64,000 nucleotides of DNA, from contig MQRK01180300.1 in NCBI GenBank assembly GCA_001938485.1, positions 9,983 through 73,982 of the forward strand. Reading direction: 5' to 3'. Under the pieces are notes generated by a model. The model was not told the origin of the DNA and did no database searches. It saw nothing but the letters and a program-made list of their open reading frames with translations. The position numbers were made by a program, and so were the translations under genes. The number at the start of each line of letters is the position of its first letter. The stretch's first letter is position 1. Source of the DNA: Girardia tigrina. Its lineage: Eukaryota. Of this stretch, positions 34,889-47,600 are shown in pieces.

Positions 34889-34930
34889 ATTGGACATGTT
34901 TCGATGTTTACATACATCATCATCAACAAC
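34889..34930 (-). ncRNA. Hammerhead ribozyme copy with a core C->U change (probably impaired)
   Basis: GTTG TTGATGA T GATGT-ATGTAA-ACATC GAAA CATGTC CAAT. Confidence 0.7.
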
Positions 34931-35473
34931 TTTCGGATGTTTAGTATATGAATATTGAATTGTTTGAAAAATACAATTTTAAAAGATACATTTACTCTAA
35001 AAGGTCACGAAGAAATTATTTATTATTATTTATCAAAGTATTATTGGGTAATAATGGCAAAAAATATTTTAATTAAAAAATTTTTTTAATTAAAATCGTC
35101 ATCTCAAAACCCGGATTAGCGAGCACTCGCAAATGAGTCGATCGAGTAAGGTTCTTGATCATTGGTTATGTTGTAAGGATAGAACCTCATCCATTTCAAA
35201 AGATGAGTTTTCTGTTCTACAAATTTGATTCACATTACGAACGACAGTTTTGTGAATCTCTACTAATAAGACACTACAACCCATCAATTAACATTTAGAA
35301 TGGGCAAAGTAAGGTTATTTCAATACTTAAAATTTTTAATTAAAATATTTTCGCCATTATTACCCAATAATATTTTCATAAATAAAAATGTTTAATTTTT
35401 TCGTTACCTTTTAAAGTAAATTATATTTATTAAAATTGTAAAAAAGTGTATTATTCAAACAATTCAATAGAAA

Positions 35474-35515
35474 ATTGCTGATGATGATGTATATAAACAT
35501 CGAAACATGTCCAAT
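35474..35515 (+). ncRNA. Minimal type I hammerhead ribozyme, apparently intact
   Basis: Stem I ATTG/CAAT, CTGATGA 35478-35484, extra U, stem II GATGT-ATATAA-ACATC, GAAA, palindromic stem III ACATGT, GUC cleavage after 35511. Confidence 0.85.
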
Positions 35516-35579
35516 AGTTGTATAAAAAAGCTTTAATCAAATTATATTTTCGAAATACTAAACTTGCGTTCACAAGACT

Positions 35580-35634
<55 letters not shown>

Positions 35635-37654
35635 GATTTCACGTTTATTGACTTGTAATACCATTTGTATAAGTAGAGAACGTTACAAAAAATATCATTA
35701 TAATTGGATGGATGATATGGCTTCACGGTTGAATAAACTCAAGCGTCACGACTTATATGAAGAGGTGGATATATAAAAATCTTTTTTTTCATAAATTTTG
35801 AAAACCTTTGAGTTATTTGTTTGGTCTGATTATCAGTTTTAAAAATGATAATATAATTTGGCTACTAACGCCGTTAAGAATAGATAGTTAAACTCATTAA
35901 AAAACCTACGACTATAGATAATTAGAAGTTGCAGATTATGCCTCGTATAAGAAAGAGCATATCCAAAATCTCTTTCATATTTGAGCTGTAACAACTTAAT
36001 ACTTATGAACTTGCTATTTTTAATGTATCTGGACACTTTACATTGTTAGAGGTCAGTGTCATTTGTAAATACTTGGATATTTCTTAAAGTTTTTTTTTAA
36101 AAATAAAGTACTAAAAATTTCTGAATACATTAATGATTTAAACATTTAAAAAAAACCTCTAATAATAATGTAATAATTAAAATAATATTATAATAATTAA
36201 ATTAGTTAAAAAATTAAATTTTATCAAAATTATTCATTATTGATTTTTGTAAAAAAAATTTATATTCTTCACAATCTTTATTTTTTTTGTTCTATTAAAC
36301 TAATTGGCAAATCCCTGTTGATTTAAACAAACCTCAAATCAATATTATATTCATTTATAAAATGAATTAATATATTAATATCATTAATTTAATTTACATT
36401 CTTTGTTTTTTAAGTTACTCAATTAATTAAAAAATTTTCTTGAATTAAAATAAAATAAAATTTTAAAAATAATACAAAATTCAACCAATGGAAAATTATC
36501 ATACATTCCGTTATTCACATTTGCAATTTGCCATACATTCATACTTATATAAATATATGTATATATGTATAAATATAAATAAAAGAAAATTTATTTATTC
36601 TTTTTGTCAATTTAGAAAAAAATCTAGTTTGAAAGATATGATTTCATTCAGTAAGTTTTTATTTTTTATGATTATATTTATTGGAATAATTTAATATATT
36701 ATGATAAATTAGTATATTTATTTAACATACTTTTAGAAAAGAATAATATGTTTTATTAATTTAAAAAATCGTTTATATTTTTCAGTTATCAATTAAAACT
36801 TCAAAATACTAAAATAGTTTATATTATATATAATATAAAAATAAATACAAAAGAAATAATATAAAATTATAAAATAAATAAAATAATTTGAAAATATATA
36901 AAAATATTTGTTGTAATAATAATTTTTTAAAAAGCAAATATTTTATAGAAATTTATTTTCTAAATTATCTATTAATAAAAAACAAAGTTTAAAATAAAAT
37001 TTATCAAATATTTTTAATGTTAAATTGCAAATTTTGTTTGATATAATTTACGATTTGAGATTTATGTCCGTTTTCATTGAAAATCAATTAGTGGGATTTC
37101 GTTTTTTAATAATTCTTTCCGACTTTCATAATTTGGAAAAACAATAAAATTTTGAAAAAATAATATTTAAAAAAAGGACTAATTAAAATTTACATGTTTA
37201 AATTACAATCAGAGGCTTTGTTGATTCTTTTGGATAAAATAGGGAAATAATAATTTATATTTTGTTATAAATTCAGAGTAGTTTATTACACAATCACTCA
37301 ATATTATAATAAAATAATATAATTTTTTGAAATCAATTTAAAATCTATCTATCTATCTATCTATATATATGATTAAAAATAAAATAACTAAATCTATTAA
37401 TATCTATGAAATATATTATTATATTTAATTATATTTACAATTTAGATTTTTTTTAAATAAATAATAAACATTTATTGGTCATGCATACGTAACTTTTTGA
37501 TTGTCTTTTGATATTTTTAATTTAAATTATTTTAGAAATTGTTATAAATATTTTCATAAATATTAGTTTTGCAAAAATTGAGATATGAATCTGTATGGAT
37601 AATTTAAATTATTAAAATTTAACATTTTGAAAATCAATTATTAAGTATTAATAA

Positions 37655-39686
37655 CACGGCACAAAAAGATTTGAGGTGATTGTGACCGGTACAAATATAC
37701 TTTTTGTTTAACTACATGAAGGAGGAACTCTTATAAATGGACATTTATGTGTTTACCTATTTAATCACCTTTTATTTTCGCATAAGCCATTAAGTTCAAC
37801 AGAATTAAAAGTGCTTTGCACCTGATTTGCTTTTGTATACAACTTGGTTCACTGCGTTGAACTATCCAACATTAATCATCAAGCATTGGCCGATTCTATT
37901 TGTCCAAGTATCCTTTCTCCATTGTAAAAATTTCCTTGTAAAACCGCTCACCGTGTTCGTCCCTAACATCACTGAGATTAACGAGGAAAAAGTCCGATTG
38001 TAAATGAAGGAAATCGATTTTGATGGACATGTTGCACTTCATTTTCGTACATTCACGGAGAAGTTTATCTATGACTTCAACGTGGTTTGAGAGTCTGTAA
38101 TTGCCAACAATATTCTAAACAACGTTTTTTAAGGCTTTCCAGTTAATTGTTTTCTGGCCAACTAACAGCTCTTCAAACTGCTTGTCATTTATAAAATGTC
38201 GGATCAGGGCATCAACTTTGATCTTTAAGTCACTTATTCCAGGAAACATCTGTTTTAAAGCGCGAGAATCTTCACTTTCCTTGATCAGTGCTTTTCCAAA
38301 ATTATTCATGATTTTACGTTTTATGCATTGAAGAGACAAAAATATATTTTCCGGTTCGACAAGCGGGTTATGTGCAAAACTTTTCTGTCCAAGAACTACC
38401 TTTTTGCAGACTTGTCAGCTATGTCGACACATAGTATGTTTATTTGATATGACTGATTCATTCCAAAATGAAACAAGAGTACAAGGCACAGCCGAGCTGC
38501 AGTTCCAGTAACAGAGAAACGTATTTTAGATCTTCATAAATATTACAGTTGAAGCTGTTATACTGGATGTGATTGTACAACGGTTACATATTATAATATG
38601 TTTCTTTCAAGTGCACTGTTTTGCCAACATGTACTGACGTTTCCGTTGCGCAGCATAACAGCTTTCATGGTTCAGCATTGATGAATCAATGAAGAGATGC
38701 ATTTTTTTGGATTTTGATCCAAACCCAAGGCTGCGAACAATCACGCAATTTTACAGCAGAAACTGAGACTGTAGACTTGTACAAAAAATTGGTGATATAC
38801 TAATGCAGACACCTGCCCTGCAGTCTGGAAAAAGGAAATCGGCCTTTAGTTTTGACGACCAAAATCTTTGACAAATTCATTCAATTCTGACTGTGTTATC
38901 AGATGCGGATTACCTGATAAGCAAGGTTGAAAATCTGAGTTTCTTTATGTGGTTCGTCTATGGTCCAACTTTGTGTGACTTCGGAATTGGGGGCTGTCGC
39001 CATGTGGAACATGTTTCATTACGTCTAAGATAAATCTTAAGTTTTCTGATAATTTTTACTTAGATTTTTATTCATACATCTCAATCCATCCTAAGGCAGA
39101 TAAGGATGTGATTGTTCACTTTATTTGACTTTTTATTTAATTGACTTTTTATTTTTGGCAAGGAAACCAAACATATTCAAACAAAAATTTTTGTCCGTCA
39201 CATGGTTCTTTTGTTCTCTACAGCAAATAACATAATGTTACAAGCGCTTCTTTTTTGTCATTATCAAAAACGATTTTAAATTTATTGTGAACAATTAAAT
39301 TGTCTGAACCAAATTGAATTAAAATGGCCCCTTCATAACTAGTCTGAGCTCCTACTGCGCCCCTCTACTACCATCGTCCGGTCTTTGGGGCAACCTGGGG
39401 ATCAGACAGAACATTATATATTATATTTTATGTATTATTTATATTAGTTTTATATCATTTATCCAACCTGGTTTGATTAAACATGCCTTGACATACCAAA
39501 GCTTCTCAAACTCTTGCTGATCTGTTGTATATCTTTGCTGGATTAAGATGTATGAATAAAAAATTAAGCAAAAATTATCAGAAAACTTAAGATTTATCTT
39601 AGACGTAAATTTTGATGTGATATTCGTGAATAGCAACCAAAATTCTTAAGCAAAACACTTTCAAGAAGCAAAAAGGTCGTTCGGTG
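37655..39686 (-). mobile_element. Chapaev3-like (CMC superfamily) DNA transposon, both ends present, decayed transposase
   Basis: TAA|CACGGCAC ... GTTCGGTG|TAA (CAC termini, 3-bp TAA TSD). REQKNHVTD..FCL, HVPH, MNNFGKAL...FPGISDLKIK, CNMSIKIDFLHLQSDFFLVNLSDVRDEHGERFYKEI. Confidence 0.8.
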
Positions 39687-40487
39687 TAATAAATGTTTTT
39701 TTATTGAAGTAGTTGAAAACCAAGACCCCTTAATCGTCATTATATAATTATGAATTCTAGCTTTAATAAGATAATAATTTTGTAAAATTTTTTAATGCTA
39801 TTAAGTTTACTTAAAGTAAATTTAAAACAAAAGACATTGAAGCAAATGAAACATTTCCCTATTTTCTTTCCATTGAAACAATCTTCATTGTTAAAAAGAC
39901 AAATAAATTTCTTTTTTCAAATTGTTTGGCTGGCCGATATAATAATAAAAATTAAACCGTTTTATTTTTAAACTTCTAATTTCCGAAATTTCTTATAAAT
40001 TTATATTTTATTTAACCTGAGATAATGTTATTTTATTTTTTTTAATGTATTGTGAGTTATTTTAAACAAACAATAAATAATACTTCAAACAATTTTTGAC
40101 TATCAATCAATATTTGTTTTATGGTAGGATCCTTTAAACCGGGAGATAAATAAATGTGACGGTTTAGTTAAATGGAAGTTTTAATAATTATATTTATATT
40201 TAAATGTAAATATTAACGACAAAATATATTTCAAAAATAAACAAAATTAGTTTTTTTTACAAGTTTAATTAAATTATTTTGTTTTTTTCTATTAATTTAT
40301 TTGATTCATTTAATACAATAAAATGAAAAATCAACTTATTATATTTAATTATTTAATTTTAATATTATTTATATAATTTATTATTAAAACAAAAATTTTA
40401 CCGAATAAAAAAATAAAATTTTCAAAAAATGTTACTTGAAAATTTTAATGAATAAAAATATATAAATAAATACTTTTTTATTATTAA

Positions 40488-42070
40488 TGTTGGGTTCAAG
40501 GTCAAGAATAGAATTCATGACTCAAAATATTTGCTTATTTTAAATATTCAAAAATTTATGAGTTTGCCAAATTTTCATATTTCCCTTATTTTTGAAATTT
40601 TTGAATGTTTTAACATTCCGTTTTATTTGTCTACCATTTTTTATCTTTCAGTCTATAACTTTCATGAATCGTTTCTATGATTTCATATGGTCCTTCAAAT
40701 CTATCTTCTCCTTTCGTTCTTATTTCCTTCTGTATCCAGACCATATCTCCAACCTTCTATACTCTTCTGGATATACTCTCATTTCCTTCCGGGATGTTCT
40801 TTTCTTTGATTCTTTGCTTTACATCATTTCAGTCTATTTTGCTTTTATTGTACTACTGTTGTCTGTTTATTTTCTTACCAAGCACAACTTCCAATGGATT
40901 GTACCCTATTGTTTTTTGTTTTGTTCCGGTTATTGCAAATTCCACTTCTGGTAATATGTCTGCCAAACTCGTGGCGTTTTCTTCTTAAAAACTTGTCTGA
41001 ATGAATTCTCGTATGGTCCTGAATTGCCTTTCGATTTTTCCATTTGTATTCTGGTGATGTGGACTGGAGAAAATTATTTTAACGCCTTTAGTCTCCAACA
41101 TTTTTCTAACTTTTTTTGCTTGGAAACTTTTACCACAATCAAAATTTTTCTCCTTTGGTGTACCAAATTTGAATATCTATTTTTGTAATATTCTTTGTAC
41201 AATTGCTTCTCCGTCCTGTCTCTTGAATGCAGTCAAGCTGACATATTTCTTGAAGGGATCTATCATTCTGAGAATGTATCTTTCTCTTCTTACTGTCTCG
41301 TTTCAATGTCCACATATTTCTATATAAACCTTTTCAAATATTTCTGACGCTGTTATATTTACATTTTTTTCCTTTGTCTTCGTGGTCGTTGTCGTTATCT
41401 GTTAGCACTCTATGTATGTTCATACTACCTCTTTTACCGTTTTTTTCTCCTTCTATGTCGAACTTGTCCTTCAGATATTCTCTGGACTTAGTATTATTTC
41501 TTAATTTCGTCATTCACTTCTGTTATTTATTTCACTTCTCAGAATCAGATCCTCTTCCTCCCGTCACTATCTTTTGATCCGTGAATCAGAAGGCATCTTT
41601 CAATTTCTTTCACTGCTCATTTATGTTTAGCAAGTTTTCCGATAGCTTCCTTGCCTTTGTAAAATATTTCTCGGCAGATTCTTCTAACCTTTCGAAGTTT
41701 ATCGTTTCTTCCAAATCTTTCATTAACGTGCTATTCTTCTGAAAAGCCTTTCACAGTTGAGCTTCGTATCCTTTAATTTCTTCTGATACGCTGCCATATA
41801 CCGACTGAATATCATGTGATAATAAACCAATCACCAATATCTCTTGTATATTTCTGGTATTTGACAACTTTAAAATACCTGGAACAAGCCGCTATAAAAC
41901 TTTCGACGTTGTCTTGTCTCCTGTACCTTTCTAGTAGGAGTCCCGGAATAAATTGTTTCGAGCTGCTGGCTATGGTCGTCAGGTTGGATTCGAGGTCAAG
42001 AATAAAATTCATTACTCCGAATATTTACTCAAATATAATCGTCAAAATTACATTTAATTCTAAAAGAAGA
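40488..42070 (-). mobile_element. Internally deleted Ty3/Gypsy LTR retrotransposon with ~90-bp LTRs
   Basis: 3' LTR 40488-40577 (TG...CA) preceded by the purine tract AAATAAGGGAAATA. A homologous 5' LTR from 41982 is followed by PBS-like TGACGACCATAGCC. Gag-like start VESFIAACSRYF; integrase FGTPKEKNFDCGKSF...SSPHHQNTNGKIERQFRTIRE. No RT seen. Confidence 0.85.
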
Positions 42071-42646
42071 ATTTGTCTGTTATAATAAAGCAAAGGATTA
42101 TTTGTACTAGTTTAAATTTTATTATTATTTATCCGAATAATATATTTTTTTTTAACATTTTAATGTTTTAAATAGAAAATAAATTTTTATGTAAAGAGAA
42201 AAAAATGTTTCAATACTTAAAAATGAAAAACTTTAATTCACTTTATGTTAAAAATTATTGAAAAATACCGATAAAATACTGATTCAAAATAAAAAACGTT
42301 TGCTGTTTCAATGAAGTAAACCAAATCCAAATTTTAACTGATTTGTCCCATACAAAGCTCAGAAACTATTGAACTGATTGCAGCCAAACTTTGTAATTTA
42401 TTGAAGGGAAGAGTTTCAGCAAACACTTTAAAAAATTAAATTTTTTAATTCTGCCTAACGATGAAGATTAGATCACAATTTCTTTTAATTTGGTACTGAT
42501 AACTTTGTTATGAGAGCAAATCTTAAACTTCAATTTTTTGATTCTTTCGATACGGAACTGTAGTATCCCCTGGTCCACCGTAGTGTGCCATTTTACAATA
42601 AATAAAAAACGTATTTATTTTTTTGGTTTCCAATTAAAATACTATA

Positions 42647-42896
42647 TACCAGGAGAAAACGAAAGGATTTTATGAAACCAAAGTGTATTTAATTCAACAC
42701 GTGATAAAGGTAAACAATTATATTTACATCAATAAGCTTGTTGTTCAGATGTGTTCAAAATGTCCTCCGTCATTGTTGCTACACTTTCGAAGACGTGGAA
42801 ACCAGTAAGCTGTGACCTCGAGAATTACTTACATCACATGTTACTTAAACACACTTTGGTTTCATAAAATCTTTTGGTTTTCTACTGGGTACCCTG
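42647..42896. mobile_element. Tc1/mariner-type MITE with ~60-bp imperfect TIRs
   Basis: CCAGGAGAAAACGAAAGGATTTTATGAAACCAAAGTGT vs rc right end CAGGGTACCCAGTAGAAAACCAAAAGATTTTATGAAACCAAAGTGT; TA flanks. Confidence 0.8.
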
Positions 42897-43599
42897 TATA
42901 TATATTATAAGTTATAGTTTATGTCTCAATCAGTCCTGCCTGATGGGCCATTCATTTTTGTGGTCGCAGTCAAACGGGTGAGTTTGATATTAAATTAATG
43001 AAAGTGTATATATTTATATATGTATTTTGAACAATCAATCCATAGCAAATTTTTATCGCAATAGAATACCTCAAATTTAATAATTAAAAAGATCAATAAC
43101 AAAATTAATATACTTACCGAAATATTATTAATATTTGTTGAAACTATTTTATTCTTTGTAAGTTACAAATTTTTGGTCTACTCTGTGATTAGTAATAACA
43201 TTTCGTTTGCGAATACATTTTTCAATCTGATTCTCATAATCATTGAATCATGCGAACTACGAAGAAAACGTTTTACCCGTCATTGTCTGACAAAACGTCA
43301 TTCATCTAACAAACAACATTTGTCAATCTAAATAATCCAAGACACAATCCGTCACCCATCGGTTATTCGTTACATCCTCCGTAATCTAATTTTCATGTTT
43401 AGTGATATGGTTAGTTCCTCTTTTTCCTTCTGTTATTAGTTAGTCTACCTTACATTCAGATTATCGAGAAATTCAGATATTTCCCATTTTCAGTTCCAAC
43501 AAAACAGTATATGATCGGTTTGGAATTTTAAAGAGTTATTAATTCGTCTAAATATGACTTACTTACCCTCTTTTAAGAATCTGAGAAAAAGATTAAGGT

Positions 43600-44749
43600 A
43601 TTGTAAAAATGGTCAATATTATGTATTTTGTTCCCTAAACAATGTCCCGGGTGGTAAAAATGAACAGCCAATTAATTTGTTTGCTCCCGGGTTTCTTCAC
43701 CGAGCGGTGAGAGCATGTTGTTTTGGATAACCAGGTCAATCCGTCCACCATAAAACGCGTTGTGTCTCAGGATAGCTAATCATTCGAGAACGACTCGGTT
43801 TTGAGGTTGTCTTTCCTCTTGCGCCAGGTGCCTTGGATTTATTCTCTTTCGGAGATGAAGGATTGCCGTGCGATGGCAACACATAATTTCATGAATGAAT
43901 TATCGAATTAAAAAAGATTTTTAAAACTTTCCAAGAAAAATATTTATTTAAACAAATAACATTTTTTAATTTATCACAAAATATTGATTTTTCAATTCTT
44001 TTTTTAGTTTTTATTTGCATTTTTCTTCGATTCTCCATTGTTATCGGTTGTTTTGTTGTTATGGGCGTAGGGACATAACAGTCACATTCTGGTATCTTGC
44101 CATAAAAGTCCAGGGAACATATTACGAGACAGTAGCAGAAAAAGTGGTTGAAGAAAAGGCGAAGACGGTATAATAGATTAAAAGTGACTGAATGTAGGAG
44201 CTTTATCATCTTTTAATATTACATTAATCATTTTGATGCAGTCATGATAGTGGACATTGTTGTGAGTCTTAACCGTTGAGCTGGACACATGGTTTTGCAG
44301 TTACAAATTTAATTTAGGCTGACCGTTATGTAGCCGTATTGTCATAAGACCTCAACCCGTTAAATTTTGGTTTTGAGACTCTTGTAGAAATGAGAATGTT
44401 TAAGAATGAATGAAATAATGAATTTGTTGAAGCTAAGCATGGATATTGAATAAACAGAAATGCCTTCCGATTTCATTCTGCACGTTTACGATGATACATT
44501 GATAGTGTGGAAGGAATAATCTGGTAACTGAAACATAAGATGAGAGATGATAGAGTCCTTGTAAAAAAATATTTTTCAAAAACTGTATTTGTTGTTAAGC
44601 AGTACAGTATTTACTTCTTTGAATGTATATTTAACTTTGCTGACTATATTTTTTACTCTGTAAAAAAATAAAGCTCTCAGTATTTTGAATTGACTTTTTA
44701 ATCACCTTAAAACGTCAATCGAAAATATACGCTCCTAGTAACGAATGGG
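43600..44749 (-). mobile_element. Possible piggyBac remnant
   Basis: Terminus TTAA|CCCATTCG at ~44753-44742. Frameshifted LLWQDTR/NVTVMS/AH resembles piggyBac W.D.R.V..LST.H. Confidence 0.4.
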
Positions 44750-45415
44750 TTAAACAGTACTCTATATACGGTAGTATAGCAGGCCGCATTTATTTACTAT
44801 ATTAATTTTTTTTAAATACTGAGAATTTAATATAAAATATACTGAGGGTTTTATTTTTTTACTGAAAGTAAAAATACAGTCCTTTTATTTTTTTTATTAT
44901 GATATTTTATAATATTTTTTTCCCAAAATCCAAGTCAAAGAAAAAAAATGATCAATGAAAAATATTTTTAGTAAATAGTGAAAAAAAAGATAATTTAATA
45001 ATTTTAGAAATGTCAGAAAATGTCACTCATTTTATATTCAATTAAACGGAATATTTGTGAAATTATTGCTTGTTAAAAAATTCATTGATAAAAAGCAGTG
45101 GGATCATCAAATTATATTCCAATCGTGATGGGATTTATTTATCTTGTAGTGTAAACATCCTGTCTTCCTCAACTGTTCTGCGAAATATCAATAAATCACT
45201 ATCAATTGTCTTTTTTCATTTAATAAAACACAAGAAATTGGTCAATTTAAACAATTAAATGTTACTTGATAATATTCATAAGAACATTGAAGAACGATTG
45301 TGCAACATTAATACAAAACTGTGACCTTTTATTGATTTTATTTGACAGAAGTTAATTTTTCTTTTATAAATTAATTTCAAAATAAGATTTGATAAATTAA
45401 AATTATATATATATA

Positions 45416-46695
45416 TTAGGTGTACAAGTATGAAATGCGGATTTCAGAAAACGGATTGTGCACAATGCAAAAAGTAGGTCAATGGTTAGGCAATGATGTC
45501 ATAATATTGAGTAATTATGTAGTGTATCATACGTAACTCATAAATTGATAAAGCGTTTTAATAATTGTTGCATTTCTGTGTTTTAGATGTCCAAATTTAT
45601 GCCAAGCAGGGAGCATTCGCGGACGGTACTAATTTTTTGTTATCATCTAAAGAAAACTGCTGCTGAATCATACCGATTAATTCAAGAAGCTTATGGTGAA
45701 TATGCCCCATCGCAAGATACATGTGAACGATGGTTTCGGTTCTTCCATTGTGGTTACTTTGATGTTGCAGATAAGGACCATGGGAAACCACGAAAAGGTT
45801 TCGAAGATGTGGAATTGCAAGCTTTGTTGGACGAAGATGATTCGCAAACACAAAACCAACTNNNNNNNNNNNNNNNNNNNNNNNNNNNNNNNNNNNNNNN
45901 NNNNNNNNNNNNNNNNNNNNNNNNNNNNNNNNNNNNNNNNNNNNNNNNNNNNNNNNNNNNNNNNNNNNNNNNNNNNNNNNNNNNNNNNNNNNNNNNNNNN
46001 NNNNNNNNNNNNNNNNNNNNNNNNNNNNNNNNNNNNNNNNNNNNNNNNNNNNNNNNNNNNACGAAAAGTGGATTTATTTTGATAATCCTAAACGAAAAAG
46101 ATCATGGGTAGACCGGGTACGCCATCCACATCGACAGCCAGACCAAATCGCTTTGGCAGAAAGACAATGCTCTGCGTTTCATGGGACCAGAAGGGTGTAA
46201 TTTATTATGAACTATTAAAACCCGGTGAAACGGTGAATACTGAACGTTACAAACAACAGTTGGTCGATTTAAACCGTTCGCTGCTTCAAAAAAGACCTNN
46301 NNNNNNNNNNNNNNNNNNNNNNNNNNNNNNNNNNNNNNNNNNNNNNNNNNNNNNNNNNNNNNNNNNNNNNNNNNNNNNNNNNNNNNNNNNNNNNNNNNNN
46401 NNNNNNNNNNNNNNNNNNTGGCTCCTTCAGATTACCATTTGTTTGCATCGATGGGTCACGCACTTGCTCAGCAGCGCTTTGATTTTTACGAAAATGTGCA
46501 AAAATGGGTCGATGAATGGTTCATGGAAAAAAAGGAAAACTTTTACTGGCGAGGTATCCACAATTTGAGATATAGATGGGACAAATGTATCATTAGTAAT
46601 GGAGCATATTTTGAATAAAGCTTTTTTTATCGTTCTTTTGTTTTTAACGTATTTCTTTTTAAAATTTAATCCGCATTTCATATTTGTACACCTAA
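45416..46695 (+). mobile_element. Full-length-size (1280 bp) Mos1-like mariner, with gaps at 45862-46060 and 46299-46418
   Basis: TA-flanked TIRs TTAGGTGTACAA(G/A)TATGAAATGCGGATT; MSKFMPSREHSRTVLIFCYHLKKTAAES, STARPNRFGRKTMLCVSWDQKGVIYYELLKPGETVN, LAPSDYHLFASMGHALAQQRF...FYWRGIH. Frameshift near 46110. Confidence 0.95.
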
Positions 46696-46799
46696 TATAT
46701 ATTTAAAACCTGGAGTAAAAAAACAATTTTATTTTGTATAAAATGATATTATATGTTTCTAGTACTTAAAGCTAGCATTTCACTATATATATATATATA

Positions 46800-47142
46800 C
46801 ACCAAGGCCCCGCTTTGCGTCTACATTCGGTTCCGAAAGTTGAGATGCTAAATGAGTTTCGTCGCATAACGAATATGTGGTAATATTGATCAGAAAGACT
46901 ATTACAATATATCTATCTAAATAAAAATCAAAATAAAACAAATGTTTATCAAGAAATAGCATGAAAATTGGGCTCTTAATCCATTAAAACTAATTAATAA
47001 TAACAAATTTAATGTTTAAATTAATGTTAATTAATTAATTAATTTATTTAATGTTAAATTTTATATGGCAAAAAATAAAAAAATCAATCGACTCAAAGGC
47101 GAATAGACGCATAACGAATAGACGCATAGCGGGGCTTTGTTA
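46800..47142. mobile_element. Tigger/pogo-like MITE
   Basis: CAAGGCCCCGCTTTGCGTCTA vs rc right end CAAAGCCCCGCTATGCGTCTA; TA-rich flanks; repeated GCATAACGAATA subterminal motif. Confidence 0.75.
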
Positions 47143-47221
47143 TATAATACATTTTTAATATTTAATATTTATAGTCCCATCACTAGGTCAATTCACAACA
47201 TGTATTAAACTAACAAATTAT

Positions 47222-47600
47222 ACTTTACAGGGTAACGGAGACATATGATAAAGATAACAATTGACAGTCAACAAAAAGCTAATTGATGAGATGAAACTTC
47301 TCACACTTAATGCACTCCACTCCATTTAACATTCCTTGAGAAGTACGGAATGATAGAGTAAAGATACTGTTTTCTCAAATGTCATTGATAGCGTTTAAGG
47401 GTTAGTTTGCGAGAATGGAATTGATCGCGTGTGATGTATTCTTGCTTAGTTTTTAAGAAGAATAAAATAAATTGATTTTAATTCAATGATTTATTTATAA
47501 AATGTTTTTATAATTATTATTGCATCCCGTATAATGTTAATTTAATACACGGTGTGAATTGATCTGATGATGTGTTTATTATCTCGAAACGCATCGTCTT
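47222..47600 (+). repeat. Second copy of the 5588-5935 repeat, with 5' inversion and hammerhead-like end (47564-47598)
   Basis: CTGATGA TGTGTTTATTATCTC GAAAC GCATC GTC; rc(47222-47310) matches 5588-5670. Confidence 0.75.

Larger units (their letters stand above)
34845..35557 (+). mobile_element. Penelope-like 3' fragment with inverted pLTR (fold-back)
   Basis: Arms ~34845-35085 and ~35329-35557 are inverted copies. The spacer encodes RHLKTRISEH...SKVLDHWLCC...CESLLIRHYNPSIN...ILKIFN* (GIY-YIG C-half). Confidence 0.9.
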
